A model generated the notes under the pieces. It had not been told where the DNA came from. It ran no database searches and saw nothing but the letters and a program-made list of their open reading frames with translations. 64,000 nucleotides of DNA, taken from assembly GCA_038317095.1 (NCBI GenBank), contig JBBQBB010000009.1:4956-68955 (forward strand), written 5' to 3'. This document shows positions 59,063 through 64,000 of this stretch, in pieces. The translations under genes and the position numbers were made by a program. Numbering within the stretch: the first letter of the stretch is position 1; every line of letters begins with the position of its first letter. The stretch comes from Bacteroidia bacterium (GTDB lineage Bacteria > Bacteroidota > Bacteroidia > NS11-12g > UBA955).

Positions 59063-60472
59063 TTATTTGCCTCTGCCTTGCACCATAATAAGTGCAGTGT
59101 AAATCATTATTTTAATATCCAAGCCCAATGACATGTTTTCCAGATATAAAATATCATATTTCATACGGTCAACCATTTGATCTACATTTTCTGCGTAACC
59201 AAATTTCACTTGCCCCCAACTGGTAATCCCAGGTTTTATTCTATGTAAACGCTTATAGTATGGTGCTTTTTTTACAATCTGATCTATGAAAAATTGCCTT
59301 TCCGGACGAGGGCCTACTATACTCATATCGCCAATAAGCACATTGAAAAATTGGGGTATTTCATCCAATCGGGTTTTTCTAAGCGATCTTCCAATGCGGG
59401 TTATTCTTTGATCGTTTTCTTTACTCAGTTGCGGTCCCGCTGTTTCTGCGTCTATGCGCATACTTCTAAATTTGTATATTGAGAAGGGTTTTCCAAGGTA
59501 CCCAATTCGTTGTTGTTTATAAAATATTGGCCCTTTGCTGTCAATTTTGATCCAAATGGCCAATAATAGAAACAAAGGAGAAGCAATAATTAGCGCCAGA
59601 ATACCAACGACAGCGTCAAATACCCGTTTTGCAGATTTTTGCCATTGTGGCATTACTTCAAAATCCGCTTCAACCAGCATTGCACCTAAAATGTTGTTCA
59701 TTTTTATCATACCCAATACCATTCCGTAACTGTCGGGCAATATTTTCAAGTGCACTTGTTCGTTTTGCACAAGGTCAACTACAGCAGGTACTTTGTCATG
59801 GTCTTTGTCATCCATGCATATGATTACATCTTCAATCTGTTTTTCCCCTATGATTCGAGGTAAATCTGACCAATTTCCGATATTTGGCAGACCTTCTACT
59901 GTGAGTTGTTCGTCACTTCCTGTAACATAACCAAGGATAAAAAAACCCTCACTCTTTTTTGCACTTTGAAGCTCATGATAAAGGTGATTTGCGTTGATTC
60001 CATTCCCAACCAAAATGGTTTTATAACCCCATTTTCTGCTTTGAATTTTACGAATGGTTCTGGTTGAAATTGTCAAACGTCCCAGTAGCGTAGGAACAAA
60101 ATGGACCAAAAACAAAAAACCGGAGGAAAAATAATAATCGCGATAACTTTGCACACTGTCATCCAAAAGCAGTACGAAAAATAAAATCAGCACACCTGCT
60201 ACTGAAGTGTTAAAGGTGTTTTGAACCTCTCGCAATCTTGAACGTCTAAATATATGATGGTAATAGCCAGAGAAAGTGTAAAGACCCACCCAAAATAGGG
60301 GTAAGATAAATAAACCTAGGGTAAGTTTTATATCGTTGTTAATGGGAATGTCGTATCCATGTTTTGAAGCTTCAACAATGTGTTTTCGGAAATTAAAAAA
60401 CAACCACCAACCCAGACCCGCAGAAAACAAATCCCAACAAATATAAACTAGTGTCTGACGCTTTTTATTCAT
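59063..60472 (-). CDS. Polyprenyl-phosphate sugar transferase (WcaJ/WbaP-like)
   Basis: KRVFD, DSKGPIFYKQQRIG, KFRSM, RLDEIPQF, MSIVGPRPE, KPGITSWGQV. Confidence 0.95.
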   Translation of the reverse strand: MNKKRQTLVYICWDLFSAGLGWWLFFNFRKHIVEASKHGYDIPINNDIKLTLGLFILPLFWVGLYTFSGYYHHIFRRSRLREVQNTFNTSVAGVLILFFVLLLDDSVQSYRDYYFSSGFLFLVHFVPTLLGRLTISTRTIRKIQSRKWGYKTILVGNGINANHLYHELQSAKKSEGFFILGYVTGSDEQLTVEGLPNIGNWSDLPRIIGEKQIEDVIICMDDKDHDKVPAVVDLVQNEQVHLKILPDSYGMVLGMIKMNNILGAMLVEADFEVMPQWQKSAKRVFDAVVGILALIIASPLFLLLAIWIKIDSKGPIFYKQQRIGYLGKPFSIYKFRSMRIDAETAGPQLSKENDQRITRIGRSLRKTRLDEIPQFFNVLIGDMSIVGPRPERQFFIDQIVKKAPYYKRLHRIKPGITSWGQVKFGYAENVDQMVDRMKYDILYLENMSLGLDIKIMIYTALIMVQGRGK

Positions 60473-61362
60473 GGAAGGTAGCAAAAACGTATGTTATCTA
60501 AATATACTTTCACATCGTTTTTGTAGCTTGCTGGCTTTAATACAGTGAAATAAATTTTATAGGAATTGGAAGCAGGTTGCCCATAAATTTCTGGCACCAA
60601 GTTTAAGTAATAACGTTTCCATTCATTAGCCGTAGGGTAAATAAGTAAAAATGGAACATAAGTATGCGCAGGACCATCAATACGGTCAATGGCGATTTGA
60701 ATAGCAACGGGTGATTTAATGTCAAATTCCAAATTAAAATCTGTGCTGTTTACAGAAAGTCCACTGAATGCATTAAAGGATATTGCATCCATATATTTTA
60801 CACTATCGGCCCCTTTTAACGTAATTTCTAGGGCTTTGGTGTTACCTTCAAACCTTCCATTTAAGGAATAGGGTACGGTGCGAATGATCTGCGAATCTAG
60901 CGGTTCGGCATGCGCCGAAACCAAAGAGCTATTGCCATCCTCAAAATCTTCTGTCCACAAAAAAGCAGTTGAAGGCCTGAATTTAAATACAGCGTTGTTA
61001 AAAGTTGTGACCTTGCCTGCAACCAAAGTGGCTGTTGTATCTGCAATTAAAAAGGGTTTGTAAACTGCCCGTTGGCTCTTACTGGCGTTAATAAAAGTCA
61101 TTGCGATTAAAGCAATTTGGTGTTTCCCAGAAAATAGGGCCGGCACCTTGGCAGGAAGTTCAAAAACACCCAGAGATTCTCCATCCACATACAATTGTAC
61201 CGCGTTTATTTCATGAATATTATTGCCTTGCAAACCAGTTGCAGAAATAGACACACTGTCAATTTGGATATAGGCAGGAATAATTTCATTTTTCCCTTTG
61301 CAAGAAAAAAGCAAAACAACAAAAAAGCAAGAAGCTACTAAAAGCCTGAAAGCCAATCTCAT
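60469..61362 (-). CDS. Hypothetical lipoprotein
   Basis: Lipobox LFSC; IPAYIQID, GVFELPA, EDFE, YLDNI; promoter TATTTTTG at 61368-61375. Confidence 0.82.
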   Translation of the reverse strand: MRLAFRLLVASCFFVVLLFSCKGKNEIIPAYIQIDSVSISATGLQGNNIHEINAVQLYVDGESLGVFELPAKVPALFSGKHQIALIAMTFINASKSQRAVYKPFLIADTTATLVAGKVTTFNNAVFKFRPSTAFLWTEDFEDGNSSLVSAHAEPLDSQIIRTVPYSLNGRFEGNTKALEITLKGADSVKYMDAISFNAFSGLSVNSTDFNLEFDIKSPVAIQIAIDRIDGPAHTYVPFLLIYPTANEWKRYYLNLVPEIYGQPASNSYKIYFTVLKPASYKNDVKVYLDNIRFCYLP

Positions 61363-61435
61363 CGGCACAAAAATAGCGATTTACATTCCAAAAAAGAGTC
61401 TTAATTACGTAAAAATAATTTGTGAATGGAAATAC

Positions 61436-62404
61436 TTAAACTTTTGAATAACGCCTCTGCACTCTTTCAATAATCCATTGGGTCGCTGCATTCAAGGTTT
61501 TTGTATGCTCTAAATTTGTAATAGGGCTTAAATGTTTTTGTATGTTTTCTGCAAAATTGCGCAGCTCCATGCGCCAAGGGTCAAAAGGCATAACAGGTCT
61601 TGGAATGTCCATAAACTCATGGTTCGGTTGGTCTTCATCCATTGGTAAAATAGACAATTGGTCGGTGGAATTGGATGGCCTGTATTCAATCAAATGATTT
61701 TCCGAAAAATCCAAATGAAACAATCTGTCCTGTTGAAAAACCCTAAATTTATTCACACCAGGTTCCACCGCACGCCCAGCGGATATGTGACAAATCGCAT
61801 CATTGTTAAATTCGATATGTATGTTCAATAAGTCTGGACTGGTGCCGAATAAAAACAAGGGCCTAGCTGTTAAGTTTCGGATTCCACTGTCTGCAAGTCG
61901 CATGGCTATGTCTAATTCTTGGGCCAAATTTTTATAAAACCAATCCGGAAATTCTCCTGGTTTTGGAGCAGGACAATTTTTCTCAATGCGAATAAATCTA
62001 GGCTTGCGCATATATTGAGCAGCTGTAGTAAACAGGGGTTTATTGTGCAACACGTTGGCTATTTGTATGCAATTTTGACTTTCGAGTTGTAGGTTGTAAA
62101 GGTTTTCAACTATGGTTGATTCCCGAATTAAAAAACCATCAAACAATAAATGTTTCCCTTTTCGAATAAAATTTTCAAGCATCTCTAGCTCTAAATTTTT
62201 CACATGTCGGTCTACCAAAAAAACATCTGCTTGGTTTGCCAATTCTTCGGTAAATCGCAATTTTCCAAACACATCAGCGTTCGCTGCGTCGTCTGGGTCA
62301 TAAAAACCACGAAATTCAAAATCGCCTGAATCGCTGAGCAAATGGCTAAATGCCGCTGATTTTCTTTCTGAGCCGAGGACAACAGCTTTCAATGTAGATG
62401 TCAT
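61436..62404 (-). CDS. Divergent Gfo/Idh/MocA oxidoreductase-like protein
   Basis: GFYDPD, GKHL, KPRFIRIE, PDLLNIHIEFNNDAICHIS..RVFQ, ELRNF. The canonical GxGxxG and EKP motifs are missing. Confidence 0.65.
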   Translation of the reverse strand: MTSTLKAVVLGSERKSAAFSHLLSDSGDFEFRGFYDPDDAANADVFGKLRFTEELANQADVFLVDRHVKNLELEMLENFIRKGKHLLFDGFLIRESTIVENLYNLQLESQNCIQIANVLHNKPLFTTAAQYMRKPRFIRIEKNCPAPKPGEFPDWFYKNLAQELDIAMRLADSGIRNLTARPLFLFGTSPDLLNIHIEFNNDAICHISAGRAVEPGVNKFRVFQQDRLFHLDFSENHLIEYRPSNSTDQLSILPMDEDQPNHEFMDIPRPVMPFDPWRMELRNFAENIQKHLSPITNLEHTKTLNAATQWIIERVQRRYSKV

Positions 62405-62471
62405 TGGGGTTGCTTACTACAACAAATATTTGTTAATTGCGCCTCCTTAAACAAAGCTACGTTTTAAACAG

Positions 62472-63143
62472 ATGTTCACAACCGAACCCATTATAGAGCT
62501 TCCCAAATATGCTGGACTACGACGATTGCTCGTGGAAGAATTGATGCGAAAAGGAATCCAATCAACCGCCGTGTTAGCCGCAGTGGGAAAGGTGCCACGC
62601 CAACTTTTTTTTCCTTCAGATTTTGAACAATTTTATTACCGCGATGCCGCGTTTCCAATTGGACATGGCCAAACGATTTCTCAACCCTATACAGTTGCTT
62701 TTCAATCTGAATTGTTAGACCTTGTGAAAGGGGATAAAATTCTTGAAATTGGCACTGGAAGTGGCTATCAAGCCGCAATTTTGTCTGCTTTAGGAGCAAA
62801 TGTTTATAGCGTAGAATTGGTAAAAGAATTGTTGGTGCAAGCATCCAAAGTGCTTAGAAATTTAGACAGAGAAATTAAGCTATTCTTAGGAGATGGAACT
62901 TTAGGCTTGCAATCTGAAGCCCCGTATGACGGAATTATAGTTACAGCAGGTGCACCAGAAGTGCCGCAAAGCCTCATAAATCAGCTTGCCATAGGTGGGA
63001 AATTGGTAATTCCAGTAGGATCGGATAGAGAAATTCAAAAAATGATGAGAATTACAAGGCTTTCGGTGAACCAAACGAAAACCGAAGTTTTTGGAAACTT
63101 TAAATTTGTGCCTTTAATAGGCAAGGAAGGTTGGGGAAAGTAA
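62472..63143 (+). CDS. pcm: Protein-L-isoaspartate O-methyltransferase
   Basis: QTISQPYTVA, LEIGTGSGYQAA, APYDGIIVTAG, GGKLVIPVG, FVPL. Confidence 0.97.
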   Translation: MFTTEPIIELPKYAGLRRLLVEELMRKGIQSTAVLAAVGKVPRQLFFPSDFEQFYYRDAAFPIGHGQTISQPYTVAFQSELLDLVKGDKILEIGTGSGYQAAILSALGANVYSVELVKELLVQASKVLRNLDREIKLFLGDGTLGLQSEAPYDGIIVTAGAPEVPQSLINQLAIGGKLVIPVGSDREIQKMMRITRLSVNQTKTEVFGNFKFVPLIGKEGWGK

Positions 63144-63145
63144 AA

Positions 63146-64000
63146 TTAACGAGCCATAGCTTGCTCAATTTCTTCTACTTCAATAGGGTATTTTTCCATA
63201 AAATCCACAATACCACCTTCGGCAATGAGCACATCATTTTCGATGCGCACCCCAATCCCTTCTTCGGCAATATAAATACCCGGTTCCACCGTAAGCACAT
63301 TCCCTACTTGAAATTCGCCCCAGCGATGCATCACGTCGTGCACATCCAGTCCCAAATGGTGGCTTGTGCCATGCATATAGTATTTGCGAAATGCATTTTT
63401 ATTGTCTTTTACCTCTTGGCTATCCAACAAGCCCAACTGCAATAGTTGTTCTGTCATTATTTCACAAACTTGGTCATGGTATTCAGGCATTTTTTTTCCA
63501 GGAAGCATCAATTTTTTTGCCTCGCGCTGCACATGCAAAACAGCATTGTAAACTGCTTTTTGTCGTGGACTGAATTTTCCATTGGCAGGCACACAGCGGG
63601 TTAGGTCGCCATTGTAATTGCCGTATTCTGCCCCAAAATCCAACAAAATTAAATCACCGTCTTTTACTTGTTTGTTGTTCTCAATATAGTGCAAAACACA
63701 AGCACTGGAGCCACTAGCAATGATTGGATCAAAAGCAAATCCATTTCCCCTTCTTCTTGTAAATTCATGAATTAATTCCGCCTCAATTTCGTATTCCCAA
63801 ACACCTGGTTTAATAAATTTTAACAACCTTTCAAAACCCGCTTTGGTAATGTCGATTGCTTGTTTTATAACTTCTATCTCTTCCGGTTGCTTTACCATCC
63901 GCAAATTGGCTAAAATAGGAGCACTTCTTTCTATTTTGTGCGCAGGATATTTCGTTTTTATTTGGTTTGCAAAACGCAATCCGTTGTATGGAACTTTATC
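63146..64000 (-). CDS. Xaa-Pro aminopeptidase (M24), 5' end outside window
   Basis: LHY, LLDFGAE..GDLTR, HGTSHHLGLDVHD, TVEPGIY, VRIEND; the frame stays open to 64000. Confidence 0.95.
   Translation of the reverse strand, partial: DKVPYNGLRFANQIKTKYPAHKIERSAPILANLRMVKQPEEIEVIKQAIDITKAGFERLLKFIKPGVWEYEIEAELIHEFTRRRGNGFAFDPIIASGSSACVLHYIENNKQVKDGDLILLDFGAEYGNYNGDLTRCVPANGKFSPRQKAVYNAVLHVQREAKKLMLPGKKMPEYHDQVCEIMTEQLLQLGLLDSQEVKDNKNAFRKYYMHGTSHHLGLDVHDVMHRWGEFQVGNVLTVEPGIYIAEEGIGVRIENDVLIAEGGIVDFMEKYPIEVEEIEQAMAR

Overview
AT-rich chromosomal window from a Bacteroidota organism, judged from TAnnTTTG -7 promoters, the gldJ/porP-family/porU/porV T9SS block and a Bacteroidetes-type rnpB. Most of it is housekeeping: mutS, gatB, accB/accC, an acyl-CoA carboxylase beta subunit, gyrB, pcm, an aminopeptidase P, tRNA-Lys(TTT), tRNA-Gly(GCC) and RNase P RNA. 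The ORF track misses a >1113-aa secreted TANFOR/FN3-type protein that runs off the left edge, and a 59-aa membrane protein. The most unusual signals are four. (1) Both tRNA loci carry damaged tRNA copies joined to related double-hairpin (REP-like) elements sharing CACGAC..CCCAAAG..CGTCGGG, and one locus also has a tandemly repeated small GIY-YIG nuclease; together these suggest a tRNA-targeting mini mobile system. (2) A tightly coupled operon encodes a DltA-like adenylation enzyme, GNAT, carrier protein, SGNH, SGNH-LysM2 and MBOAT, which looks like a Dlt/PatAB hybrid for aminoacylating the envelope of a diderm. (3) A putative operon encodes a cryptic clan-CD-like peptidase, a redoxin and a cytochrome c-fused PHM-type copper monooxygenase. 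(4) There is a ~1 kb islet at tRNA-Lys and a doubly mutated MazEF-type TA module. All family assignments come from recognising motifs by eye; no searches were run.
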